Positions 38,873 through 48,546 of a stretch of DNA of 64,000 bases are shown piece after piece. The position numbers and the translations under genes were made by a program. Source of the DNA: an uncultured Gammaproteobacteria bacterium (GTDB taxonomy: Bacteria > Patescibacteriota > Microgenomatia > CAZETR01 > Amesbacteraceae); the NCBI GenBank assembly GCA_964633995.1, contig CAZWKN010000004.1, forward strand, positions 1,260 to 65,259, in the 5' to 3' direction. The notes beneath the pieces were generated by a model. It worked only from the letters and a program-made list of their open reading frames with translations. It searched no databases and was not told the DNA's origin. Each line of letters begins with the position of its first letter. Within the stretch, counting starts at the first letter, position 1.

Positions 38873-38972
38873 TGGATAAGAGGAGTGTTCAAACTTTCGA
38901 CCCGCTGTAGTCTGTTTAAAAGGCCGTAAGGCAGGAGGGATATGGTTGCGTGATGTCGTATAATACAGATTA

Positions 38973-39887
38973 ATGGTCGATGGGAGATATAGTTTCGACA
39001 CATATCATACTCAGTGGGGTATGGTGGATGGAGGAATACGCCAACTGTGGGCACTGCCATTTGCGGTTCAGGAGATTGTGCTAAGGCAGGCGATGGAGCG
39101 ATTTGACCACTGCAGTCCAATATCACTTGCCATGCTGGGATTTAGTGATAGTAGAGCAACCGATTTGGTAAGAAAGAGAAATGAGTGGCATGGTTCAAGA
39201 TTGGGAAGTCAAGATATATTGGCGGCGGTGATGCTGGGATCGCTAGATTTATACCCAATTGAGGCGTTGAAAAATTTAGGCGGCGATTGTTTGGATTGTG
39301 GGGTTTGGGATAATGTCATGGGTTCGGGTTACTATTATAAACAGCATAGATCTGACGGTCAGGCGTCAATTAATCCGGGGAGTGTGGATGGCGCAAAGAG
39401 AATGTGGGGTGAGGCCATCCGAATACCTAGAGTTTCAGAAGTAAAAATGGGGAATCCTAAATTAGACACTGAGGAAATGCGCGATGGGGACGGATACATA
39501 GACATTCGCCCTGGAGTAGCCTATCTGTTTGGAATATGGCCTGCGATAAAGATGACCGATTTGAACGCAGGCTTGCAGACAAGGTCAAACTTTGGAAGAT
39601 ATGGTTTAAATGCGGCCGTAAATTCAGTAACCTGCCATAGGGGATTTAATGGTGTCGTTACCGCGGAAGCGATAATGATTGGAAGCGTGATGCCTGAACC
39701 TTTATGTACTGGGTGGTTGCCCTTTCAAATGTTTTTTGATTATGTTAATCCTGAGTTAAAACAACCGGGTGAAGGATCGCAGTCTACTTTTGGAGAAAGC
39801 GGAAGCACTTCGTTAGAGGAGTCTGCAAGAAAATTTCAATCCGATCCAACCAGGATGTTGCCAAAGCAAGTAAGAAGACAAAGATAA
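38973..39887 (+). CDS. divergent dCTP deaminase/dUTPase-fold protein with N-terminal extension
   Basis: INPGSVD, RSNFGRYGL and HRGFNGVVTAE resemble Dcd motifs QPASID, RSSxARxGL and DPGFxGxITLE. Confidence 0.55.
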   Translation: MVDGRYSFDTYHTQWGMVDGGIRQLWALPFAVQEIVLRQAMERFDHCSPISLAMLGFSDSRATDLVRKRNEWHGSRLGSQDILAAVMLGSLDLYPIEALKNLGGDCLDCGVWDNVMGSGYYYKQHRSDGQASINPGSVDGAKRMWGEAIRIPRVSEVKMGNPKLDTEEMRDGDGYIDIRPGVAYLFGIWPAIKMTDLNAGLQTRSNFGRYGLNAAVNSVTCHRGFNGVVTAEAIMIGSVMPEPLCTGWLPFQMFFDYVNPELKQPGEGSQSTFGESGSTSLEESARKFQSDPTRMLPKQVRRQR

Positions 39888-40437
39888 CGCGCCGGTAGAG
39901 GATATTGCCGGTATGCGCCGGTATACATTTATGCAAACAGAATAATCAAATTAAACTATGTCTTGTTGCATAAATTTTACAGTTGATGCTTATATTCACG
40001 AATTGGCATGGGGTGGGGATAAATGACGGGGTGATCAGTATTGGGAGACTGTATCGTCGTAGCAATGATATGTTTTAAGAGCCAAAATAATCAGGCGGAA
40101 TTGTTGTCACACTGAAGGTTAAATTACCGCGCCACGGTTATGAAAATAAAGGTGAAAAATGATTTAGGTTATTAATTAATTACCGCAATTAGCTTAACAC
40201 AGCCTTAATAGTGTTGTGCGGAAAATATTTATGCCTTTGTCCTTGGTTTTGTTGATTAGTAGTTTTCCGCATAAACTTTTTTCACTGATTTTCAATTCTT
40301 TCTTTTTTAGTATTTACTTATTAGCGTTATAGGATAAGTGAAAGAGCTAGTTATCAGTCTATTTGCTTTATTGATAAGTTTTTTTATAACTTTTATTTCC
40401 TTTAATTCCATGCTAATTCTTAGGCTTGTGAATTTAG
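39888..40437. other. 550-bp AT-rich non-coding region with degenerate DnaA-box-like 9-mers
   Basis: No ORF of 60 aa or more; TGGGGATAA, TGCGGAAAA, TTTTCCGCA, TTTTTCACT; GCCGGTA x3 at the left end. Confidence 0.5.
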
Positions 40438-40479
40438 TTGAGTATTTACGACAGTCGTTTTGACTCATATAATAGGGTA

Positions 40480-42765
40480 ATGGAATATGGTAAGTTTGAT
40501 CACAAATTACTAGCTAGGAAGTGGTTTGATGCATGGACTGAGTCTGGTATTTATCAGGCTGTTGATGAGAGTAGTAAGAAAAAGTTTTATTTATTGATTG
40601 AGTTTCCGTATCCATCAGGAGCGGGTTTGCACGTGGGGCATGTCAGGTCTTGGGGGGCGATGGATGTGTTTGCCAGATATAAGAGAATGAAGGGATTTAA
40701 CGTTTTGTATCCAATTGGTTGGGATGCGTTTGGATTGCCAGCCGAGAACTTCGCGCTAAAAATGGGTGTTCACCCGTCAAAAATTGTGCCTGAGAACATT
40801 TCCACTTTTAAACGTCAGTGTCAGAATTTGGGCTTATCTTTTGATTGGAGTAGAGAGATAGATACAACTGATTCAAAATATTACAAATGGACTCAATGGA
40901 TATTTGTCCAACTATACAAAAAGGGCTTGGCAAGTAAAATTGAGACTCAGGTAAACTGGTGCCCGTTTTGTAAGACCACTTTAGCAAACGAGGAAGTAAA
41001 TACTGACGGGAGTCATGAGAGGTGTGGTAAACAAACTGAGAAAAAGGTGCAGGATCAGTGGGTGGTTAAGATAACAAAATACGCTGAGCGGCTGATAGAG
41101 GATTTGAAGCTGGTAGATTATTCTCCAAGTATTGCCACGCAGCAGGTTAATTGGATTGGGAAAAAGGTTGGTAGAAGGATAAATTTTGGTGAAATAGGTG
41201 TGTTTACTACAAAACCAGAAACTATTTTAGGGGCCACTTTTGTGGCTATTGCGCCAGAACATGAGGTGGCGAAGCGAATTTCCAAAGAAAATAAACGGGT
41301 GAGCGAATATGTGGAAAGTGTAAAAAATAAGGATGACCAGGAGAGAACGAAGGGGGCTGGTAAGACGGGCGTGGATACTGGAATGACCGTAAAAAACCCA
41401 GTGACTAACGAGGAATTGCCGGTATGGGTTTCTGATTATGTTATGGCCGATTCGGGAATGGGGGCAATTATGGGGGTGCCGGCTGGCGATGAACGCGATT
41501 TAGAGTTTGCTAATAAATTTGGTCTGAGGGTGAAGGAGTATGAGAACTATTCGCAAGTCATAGGAGAAGAAATGGTGACCTACCATCTGAGGGATTGGAT
41601 ATTTTCTAGGCAACACTATTGGGGGGAGCCGATTCCAATGATCGATTGTCCGAAGTGTGGTTGGGTTGTGGTCCCGGATGATCAATTGCCAGTGAAATTG
41701 CCGTATGTAGAGAGATACGAGCCTTCGGGGACAGGGGAATCACCATTGGCAAATATAAAAGAATGGGTGAATACAACATGCCCCGACTGTGGAGGGGCGG
41801 CTAGAAGAGAAACGGACACAATGCCTAATTGGGCTGGGTCTAACTGGTATTTTTTAAGATATCTTGATAGGGATAATGATTCAGAAATAGTCAGTAAGCA
41901 AAAGATGAAATATTGGTTGCCGGTAGATTTATACCAGGGAGGATTTGAACATACGACTTTGCATTTATTGTATTCCCGGTTTATATACAAATTTTTGTTT
42001 GATCTGGGGGTGGTCCCTACTTTGGAGCCATACGCCAAGAGGCGGTCACATGGAATAGTGCTTGGGCCTGATGGCAGAAAGATGAGCAAGTCGTTTGGGA
42101 ATGTGATAAACCCTGACGAAATAGTAGAAAAATACGGGGCGGATACGCTCCGGATGTATGAGATGTTTATTGGGCCGTTTGACCAGATGGTGGCTTGGAG
42201 TTGGGAGGGGGTAGAGGGGGTATCCAGATTTTTAAATAGAGTTTGGAAGCTGGTAAATGATAACTTGAGCGTAGAAAATACAAGTTCACGTGAAGCAAAA
42301 ATTAAGATGGGCGGCTTGGTTAGAAAGGTTGAGAGTGACATTGAGAACATGAAGTTTAATACTGCGGTTGCCGCCTTGATGGAATGGACTAATTGGTGGA
42401 TGGACCATCAAACTGAGGTCGGAAAGGACGTGGTGAGTATTTTCGTCCTTGTTATAGCTCCAATGGCACCCTTTTTAGCAGAAGAGGCTTATCAGCGCTT
42501 GGAAGGATTTCCTGCCAAGTTTGAATCTATTCATCTGCAAAAGTGGCCGGTGATGGTGGACGAGGATGTGGCGGATAAGAAGAAGTTGGTGATAATACAA
42601 ATAAATGGCAAAATGAGGGACAAAGTCGAGTGTGAGAGCGCCAAGGCGATGGATCAGGAGTATGTTGAATCGGTGGCGAGTGAACTGGTTAAAAAATACG
42701 TAGAGGGGAGAAAATACAGGGTTGTATTTGTTCCCGGGAAAGTTTTAAACTTTGTTTTGGAATGA
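40480..42765 (+). CDS. leuS: leucine--tRNA ligase
   Basis: FPYPSGAGLHVGH, GWDAFGLPAEN, LRDWIFSRQHYWGEPIP, KMSKS; start set at ATG 40480. Confidence 0.97.
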   Translation: MEYGKFDHKLLARKWFDAWTESGIYQAVDESSKKKFYLLIEFPYPSGAGLHVGHVRSWGAMDVFARYKRMKGFNVLYPIGWDAFGLPAENFALKMGVHPSKIVPENISTFKRQCQNLGLSFDWSREIDTTDSKYYKWTQWIFVQLYKKGLASKIETQVNWCPFCKTTLANEEVNTDGSHERCGKQTEKKVQDQWVVKITKYAERLIEDLKLVDYSPSIATQQVNWIGKKVGRRINFGEIGVFTTKPETILGATFVAIAPEHEVAKRISKENKRVSEYVESVKNKDDQERTKGAGKTGVDTGMTVKNPVTNEELPVWVSDYVMADSGMGAIMGVPAGDERDLEFANKFGLRVKEYENYSQVIGEEMVTYHLRDWIFSRQHYWGEPIPMIDCPKCGWVVVPDDQLPVKLPYVERYEPSGTGESPLANIKEWVNTTCPDCGGAARRETDTMPNWAGSNWYFLRYLDRDNDSEIVSKQKMKYWLPVDLYQGGFEHTTLHLLYSRFIYKFLFDLGVVPTLEPYAKRRSHGIVLGPDGRKMSKSFGNVINPDEIVEKYGADTLRMYEMFIGPFDQMVAWSWEGVEGVSRFLNRVWKLVNDNLSVENTSSREAKIKMGGLVRKVESDIENMKFNTAVAALMEWTNWWMDHQTEVGKDVVSIFVLVIAPMAPFLAEEAYQRLEGFPAKFESIHLQKWPVMVDEDVADKKKLVIIQINGKMRDKVECESAKAMDQEYVESVASELVKKYVEGRKYRVVFVPGKVLNFVLE

Positions 42766-43325
42766 GCTTGGATGGTATTTGGACATGGATATTAGAACGT
42801 CGGGTGGGGGTGGGTGTTGTCATGGTGGGACTGATTTTGTTGGGATGGGGAGTGTTTTTGTGGCGAACTGATAACGGCAGCGACAAAATTGAGGTGCTGA
42901 CGGAAAAAGAGACAGTCGGGACGCAGGTTGTGGTGGACGTTGCTGGGGCAGTAAAAAGCCCGGGGGTGTACCATATAGCAGTTGGGGGTAGGATTGGGGA
43001 AGTGATTGATTTGGCTGGCGGTTTTAGTGATGATGCAGATGGTGTGTGGGTCGAGAGGTTTTTAAACAGGTCGGCAAAGGTGGTAGATGGTCAGAAGATA
43101 TATGTGCCAAGACAAAATGAACAAGGTACAGTGCTCAGTGCTCAGGGGTACGTTAGTTTAAATAAGGGGAGTCAGGGCGAGCTTGAGGGGTTGCCTGGAA
43201 TTGGGCCAGTGACGGCGGAAAAGATAATCGCCGGTAGGCCGTATCAGAGATTAGAAGAACTGGTAGAAAAGAAAATTGTTGGGGTGAAGGTGTGGGAGCA
43301 GATTAAGGATAAAGTCGGGCTATGA
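42762..43325 (+). CDS. comEA: competence protein ComEA (SLBB + HhH)
   Basis: VDVAGAVKSPGVY, DGQKIYVP, LEGLPGIGPVTAEKII. Confidence 0.9.
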   Translation: MSLDGIWTWILERRVGVGVVMVGLILLGWGVFLWRTDNGSDKIEVLTEKETVGTQVVVDVAGAVKSPGVYHIAVGGRIGEVIDLAGGFSDDADGVWVERFLNRSAKVVDGQKIYVPRQNEQGTVLSAQGYVSLNKGSQGELEGLPGIGPVTAEKIIAGRPYQRLEELVEKKIVGVKVWEQIKDKVGL

Positions 43326-44509
43326 AATTGGGTTTTTTAATAATTTTAGCTTTGATTGCGGGAATTAGGGTAAGCTTGTGGATGGGTCGTACGCCAGGTT
43401 ATAGAGATGGTGATACCCTAAAAATAACTGCGGAGATTAGACAGTTTCCCAAACAGGTTAGCGGTGGATGGGCGGTAAATGTATATGGGTTGGAGGTAGT
43501 AGTGCCTTCGGAAGTAGGTGTTGGCTATGGGGACAAGTTGGTGGTAATTGGCAAAGTTGCAGACAAAGTGACAAGTAGTGGACAGCATAAAAAAATACTG
43601 ATAGTTGGTGATTTTAATGTAACCAGGGGGAAGGGAGTTGTGGAGGGTCTAGCTAGTTGGAGGGGCTGGGCAATGGATCGAATTGAGGAGTGGTTGCCAG
43701 GTGATTTTGGGGGATTGGCTAGTGGAATTTTTTTGGGGGGAAGTGGGGGTTTAAGTTATGACACGGTTGTAAGCTTTAGAAGAACTGGTTTGTCGCACAT
43801 TGTGGCGGCTTCGGGATTTAATGTAACAATGGTAGCGAGTTGGGTATTGGCGGCGGGAGCGGTAGTGGTTGGTAAGCGTAGAGCGATATATTTTGCTATT
43901 GTTTGTATATGTTTGTATGTTTTTGTTGCGGGCCTTTCGGCGGCTGTAATTAGGGCGGGAATTATGGCGGTTTTAATTCTAATGGGGCTTTTGGCCGGAA
44001 GACGAGTTGATAGTAGATGGAATTTGGTGTGTGTGGGACTTGCAATGATTGTTGTCAATCCTGGTTTTATCGTAGACGTTGGGTGGCAGCTGTCATTAGC
44101 TTCAATGGTGGGACTGGTGTGGGTGGTTCCTGCTTTGGGGGACAATCTCTGGGGAGCGGAAGTTAAGGCTACTTTGGCAGCTCAGTTAACCACATTGCCA
44201 TTGATATGGCACTATTTTGGTCAGGTAAGTGTTGTCGCACCTTTGGCTAATGTGTTACTGGCTTGGGTAGTGCCAGCAATAATGCAGATAGTTGGTTTAG
44301 CAATTCTTGCCGGCGTTTTCTTACCGGCGGTGGGTCAACTGGTGGCGTATTTGGCGTGGCCATTGTTGTGGTGGATGCTTACCGGCGTTCAGTTGATATC
44401 GAAATTTGATTGGGTGGTGGTGAATACGAATAGGTTGGGGTGGGGTTGGGTGGTAGTTTATTATGGTGTTTTAGTAGCATTAGTGATGCGCTATGAAAAA
44501 TCTGTTTAA
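43322..44509 (+). CDS. comEC: ComEC/Rec2 membrane (competence) domain protein
   Basis: FRRTGLSHIVAASGFNV, SAAVIRAGIM, GWQLS, AQLTTLP. Confidence 0.9.
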   Translation: MKLGFLIILALIAGIRVSLWMGRTPGYRDGDTLKITAEIRQFPKQVSGGWAVNVYGLEVVVPSEVGVGYGDKLVVIGKVADKVTSSGQHKKILIVGDFNVTRGKGVVEGLASWRGWAMDRIEEWLPGDFGGLASGIFLGGSGGLSYDTVVSFRRTGLSHIVAASGFNVTMVASWVLAAGAVVVGKRRAIYFAIVCICLYVFVAGLSAAVIRAGIMAVLILMGLLAGRRVDSRWNLVCVGLAMIVVNPGFIVDVGWQLSLASMVGLVWVVPALGDNLWGAEVKATLAAQLTTLPLIWHYFGQVSVVAPLANVLLAWVVPAIMQIVGLAILAGVFLPAVGQLVAYLAWPLLWWMLTGVQLISKFDWVVVNTNRLGWGWVVVYYGVLVALVMRYEKSV

Positions 44510-45359
44510 GATATTGGGTTTGGCGGTGGTGACGATATGGGGGGCGGTTTTGGTAATTCCAGACGGAAAAGTGCATGTGGTAATGTGCGATGTGGGGCAA
44601 GGAGACGCGCTGATTGTCTTTAGGGGGACAACCCAAGTGGTAATTGACGGAGGTCCAAATGACAGTGTATTGCAATGTTTAGCCAGATATTTGCCGATTT
44701 ATGACAAAAGAATCGAAGTAGTGGTGTCTACACACCCTCAGGCGGACCACATGAACGGGTTGATAGAGGTGGCAAAAAGATATAATGTGATGTTGTTTGT
44801 AATGGGTCCTGAAAATAATACATCGTTGGGGTATAAACAGTTATGGAATGTCATAAAACAAAAAAATATTCCGGTAAAACATGTGTATTCAGGTGATCAA
44901 ATTAATTTGGGTGGGATGGAGTTTTATTCAGTATGGCCAAGCAGGGAATATGCTGATGCACACGTGGATTCCGATAAAGTGTTGGGGCTTAATTCGGATG
45001 GGACAGATCTAAACCGATTTGGGATAGTACTTAAACTCAAATTCGGTCAGTTTAAGGCGTTATTTTCGGCAGACGCCGATTCGGGTGTAGATTTGGCGGA
45101 GATTATGACAGGATTATTAGAGTCTGTTGATGTGTTAAAAGTGCCGCACCATGGCAGTAGGACTGGAATGACTGATGAATGGCTTGAGATGGTAAGACCC
45201 AAGTTGGCCCTGATTTCGGTGGGTAGAAAAAATAGCTATGGACATCCAAGTGGTGAAGTGATTAAGCGATTAAGCGATTTGGGGATTAAGACATTAAGAA
45301 CGGATTTGGAGGGAGATATTGAGGTGATTAGTGATGGAAAGGAGTGGTGGGTGAGGTAA
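44493..45359 (+). CDS. ComEC-type metallo-beta-lactamase domain protein (split ComEC)
   Basis: DVGQGDA, IDGGP, THPQADHMNG, LKVPHHGS, YGHPS, RTD. Confidence 0.9.
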   Translation: MKNLFKILGLAVVTIWGAVLVIPDGKVHVVMCDVGQGDALIVFRGTTQVVIDGGPNDSVLQCLARYLPIYDKRIEVVVSTHPQADHMNGLIEVAKRYNVMLFVMGPENNTSLGYKQLWNVIKQKNIPVKHVYSGDQINLGGMEFYSVWPSREYADAHVDSDKVLGLNSDGTDLNRFGIVLKLKFGQFKALFSADADSGVDLAEIMTGLLESVDVLKVPHHGSRTGMTDEWLEMVRPKLALISVGRKNSYGHPSGEVIKRLSDLGIKTLRTDLEGDIEVISDGKEWWVR

Positions 45360-45368
45360 AATTGGAGC

Positions 45369-46526
45369 ATGCGGATTGGAATTGATGCCAGTAGGGGGTT
45401 TGTGAATGAGCCGACCGGGACGGAACGATATAGCTACGAATTGATAACCCGAATTTTGGCCTTGCCGGAAGCCAGGGAGCATGAATGGATACTCTATGCG
45501 CGAAATTTATCAGTTAACAGTTTTCAATTGGCATTTAAAAACTGTCAAATGCCAAATGTTAAATTGGTAAATATTAGTTTACCGAGGCTGTGGACCCAAG
45601 TTGGATTGGCATATCGGACGTGGGTGGATAGGTTGGATGTACTTTGGGTGCCAGCTCACACCCTTCCCCTACTTCGCCAGCCTAGCTGGCTTCGAAAGGG
45701 CAGGCTACTAAAAACAGTGGTCACAATACATGGAATTGAGTATGAGTGGTTGCCTGCATATGAGAATAGGCTTCAAAGATGGTATTTACCACTCAGTACT
45801 CAGTATGCAGTACGCAGTGCTCAAAAAATAATAGCGGTGAGTGAGTTTACAAAGAAACAGTTGGTGGAGAGGTTGGGGGCAGATGCTGGAAAAATAGAAG
45901 TAGTTTACGAGGGAGCGGGATCAAATCCTAAACCCGAAACTCTAAACACCAAACTAATTCTTAGTAAATACAACTTGCAGGAGAAAAAGTATCTGTTGTT
46001 TGTGGGAACAGTGCAACCGAGAAAAAATTTAGAGAGATTTATAGTGGCTTATGCAGGACTCAGGGCACCCATTCGACAGGCTCAGGGCAAGCAGGACTCA
46101 GGACTCAAATTGGTGATTGCGGGGAAGTTGGGGTGGAATTATGAGAGGGTAGTGGAATTGGCAAAGAAACATGGTGTGATAATTACTGGATATATAACGG
46201 AAGCAGAAAGATATATTCTGTTACAGAATGCAGTAGTCTATGTGCAACCAAGTATTACCGAAGGGTTTGGGTTGCCGGTTTTGGAAGCTATGAAGGTTGG
46301 GGTTCCTGTCGCTAGTTCGAATGGGGGTGCTTTGGCCGAAGTAGTGGGGGGCGCGGGTGTGTTGTTTGACCCATATAATGTATCTGATATGAGTCTTAAA
46401 TTGTCATTGGTCATTCATAGTCATTCGTTGCAAAAAGAATTAATCGAGAAGGGAAGAAAACGAGTGAAAGAGTTTGGGTGGGAAAAAGCGGCTAAAATGA
46501 CTTATAATATATTAACTGTCAATTGA
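45369..46526 (+). CDS. glycosyltransferase family 4
   Basis: MRIGID, TGTERY, FVGTVQPRKN, PSITEGFGLPVLEAM. Confidence 0.92.
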   Translation: MRIGIDASRGFVNEPTGTERYSYELITRILALPEAREHEWILYARNLSVNSFQLAFKNCQMPNVKLVNISLPRLWTQVGLAYRTWVDRLDVLWVPAHTLPLLRQPSWLRKGRLLKTVVTIHGIEYEWLPAYENRLQRWYLPLSTQYAVRSAQKIIAVSEFTKKQLVERLGADAGKIEVVYEGAGSNPKPETLNTKLILSKYNLQEKKYLLFVGTVQPRKNLERFIVAYAGLRAPIRQAQGKQDSGLKLVIAGKLGWNYERVVELAKKHGVIITGYITEAERYILLQNAVVYVQPSITEGFGLPVLEAMKVGVPVASSNGGALAEVVGGAGVLFDPYNVSDMSLKLSLVIHSHSLQKELIEKGRKRVKEFGWEKAAKMTYNILTVN

Positions 46527-46692
46527 GTAAATTATTGTGGATAGACTGTGTACAACTACATCATTTGAAGCTAAAATATTGATTACTTATTGTGGACAAA
46601 GTACAGGACTTATTGCTTATTACGTATTGCGTATATACTTATAGTATTATGACCAATATTTGTCTGTTTATGACATTTGAGGCTAAAATGAT

Positions 46693-47409
46693 ATGAAAAT
46701 GCCTGAAAAAAGGAATATTTTTGGAGTGAATGTACTTAGCATTCCTATGGAAGAAGTGCTAAAGGTATTAAACGAGAGAGTGGCAAAAAAAGCCTACAAC
46801 AAGCCACTATTTGTTACAACTGTCAATGTAGAGTTTGTAATGCTAGCCCAGGAAGACACTGATTTTAAACGGATATTAAATACGAGTGATTTGGCTATTG
46901 CGGACGGGTTTGGCTTGAGGCTAAAAGGGGTTGGGCATGTGGTAGCCGGGAGAAAGTTGGTGGAGGCTTTGGTGACATCTAAAATGAAAGTGTTTTATTT
47001 GGGAGGTAGAAAAGGGGTGGCAAAGAAAATGGCTTTGAAATATGGGGGTGAGTTTGACGAAGGATCCAGCGATATTAAATCCGAAATACTAAACTCTAAG
47101 GACCAAATAAATACTAATACTCAAATAATTAACAAGATAAATATGTATAAACCTGATGTGTTGCTGGTGGCGTATGGGGCGCCGTGGCAGGAAAAGTGGA
47201 TTGCGAGGAATTTGGACAAGTTAAAAGCTCAGGTGGTAATGGGGGTAGGTGGATCGTTTGATTATTTAACTGGCAAAGTACCTGTTCCGCCTGACTGGGT
47301 AAACAAAATGGGTTTTGAGTGGCTCTGGAGGCTTGTAAGGGAGCCTTGGAGGTGGAGAAGGCAGCTAAATTTGATTAAGTTTGCATGGAAGGTCTGTTGT
47401 GGAGCGTAA
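46693..47409 (+). CDS. WecB/TagA/CpsF glycosyltransferase
   Basis: TTVNVE, ADGFG, VAYGAPWQEKWI, GVGGSFD, EWLWRLVREPWRWRRQ. Confidence 0.92.
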   Translation: MKMPEKRNIFGVNVLSIPMEEVLKVLNERVAKKAYNKPLFVTTVNVEFVMLAQEDTDFKRILNTSDLAIADGFGLRLKGVGHVVAGRKLVEALVTSKMKVFYLGGRKGVAKKMALKYGGEFDEGSSDIKSEILNSKDQINTNTQIINKINMYKPDVLLVAYGAPWQEKWIARNLDKLKAQVVMGVGGSFDYLTGKVPVPPDWVNKMGFEWLWRLVREPWRWRRQLNLIKFAWKVCCGA

Positions 47410-47451
47410 ATTTACTTATTAATTTTGGGTGGTCGGGATTATAATGGCACG

Positions 47452-48546
47452 GTGCCTTGCGGTGTAGAAACAAGAGGGAAAATAAACCCGGAATCAGTAG
47501 GCCTGCTTGTTCAGGCGATTGAGCAGATGCCAGAACAAGTGGGAGTGCCCATACACAAGCGGATGGATCCAGATGCAATAGCGGCGGCGATATTGTCTGT
47601 CGACTTGTTGAAGGGTTTGAAAAAACAGCCGGTCTTGCTGATGGGAGCAAATAGGTGTGTTCCGGAGTATATGGGGCCACAGTTGGAACTGGCAATGGGT
47701 ACGGGAGTGAGTTTGTTGCCGATGGGTGTATTGGCGGCTTTGGCAGCAAGAAAAATTGGGGCGGTGTTGGCTTTGGATGCTTCCGATGGACCAAGGTTGG
47801 ATCCAGATTGGAATACCCAGAAACCACGGGATGTGGTGGTAGTTGATCATCATGTGGGCGGTGAAGCATATGGGAGATTTAATTTGGTGGTACCAGGTTG
47901 CGTGGCAACGGTGCAGATATTGGCAGAAGCTAAGAGGTTAATGAAAGCAAGTTTGTTGTCAGTTGAGGAAGCCATGGTGGCGTTGGGAATATATTATGAT
48001 ACGGCCGGACTGCTGGCCGATAAAGAAGGGATGCAAGCTGGGGTGAGCCGGTTTAATATGGCGATTGAAAAAGCAACACAAGGTGGAATAGACGTCCCGA
48101 AAATAATAAAAACGATGAACACTAAAACTGGACCTGAGAGTCAGTTGGTAGAAATGGGTGAAAGGAATAGAAAGGTGCGAGACTTGGCTGGTGGGGGAAG
48201 TATGGTGGTAAGTTGGTTGGGATGTGCCGAAATGCAAGAGACGTTGGGTTGTGCCCAGGGTGATTTGGACAGGGCTACAGTTAGGGTGCCGGCCATGTTG
48301 GCAGATCAATGCCTGGAGCTGGGGTATCGCTTGGCGGTAGCAGTATTGGAATTTCCAGAGTTCACTAGGTTAAGTTTGAGAAGTACCGGTGATGGCGGGG
48401 CAGCGAGATTGTTTGCGGGATTGAATTGGGAAACTGTGGCAAAGGGCATACAAACAACTGGGGGTGCTCACCTGAATGCGGCGGGAATGTCTATATACGG
48501 GATGGACGCGACAGAGACTGTAAATATGGTTTTAAGTGTTGACTAG
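47452..48546 (+). CDS. DHH/DHHA1 phosphoesterase (NrnA-like, divergent)
   Basis: HKRMDPDA, ALDAS, VVDHH, GIYYDT, SLRS, GGAHLNAAG; GTG start after TATAAT. Confidence 0.8.
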   Translation: MPCGVETRGKINPESVGLLVQAIEQMPEQVGVPIHKRMDPDAIAAAILSVDLLKGLKKQPVLLMGANRCVPEYMGPQLELAMGTGVSLLPMGVLAALAARKIGAVLALDASDGPRLDPDWNTQKPRDVVVVDHHVGGEAYGRFNLVVPGCVATVQILAEAKRLMKASLLSVEEAMVALGIYYDTAGLLADKEGMQAGVSRFNMAIEKATQGGIDVPKIIKTMNTKTGPESQLVEMGERNRKVRDLAGGGSMVVSWLGCAEMQETLGCAQGDLDRATVRVPAMLADQCLELGYRLAVAVLEFPEFTRLSLRSTGDGGAARLFAGLNWETVAKGIQTTGGAHLNAAGMSIYGMDATETVNMVLSVD

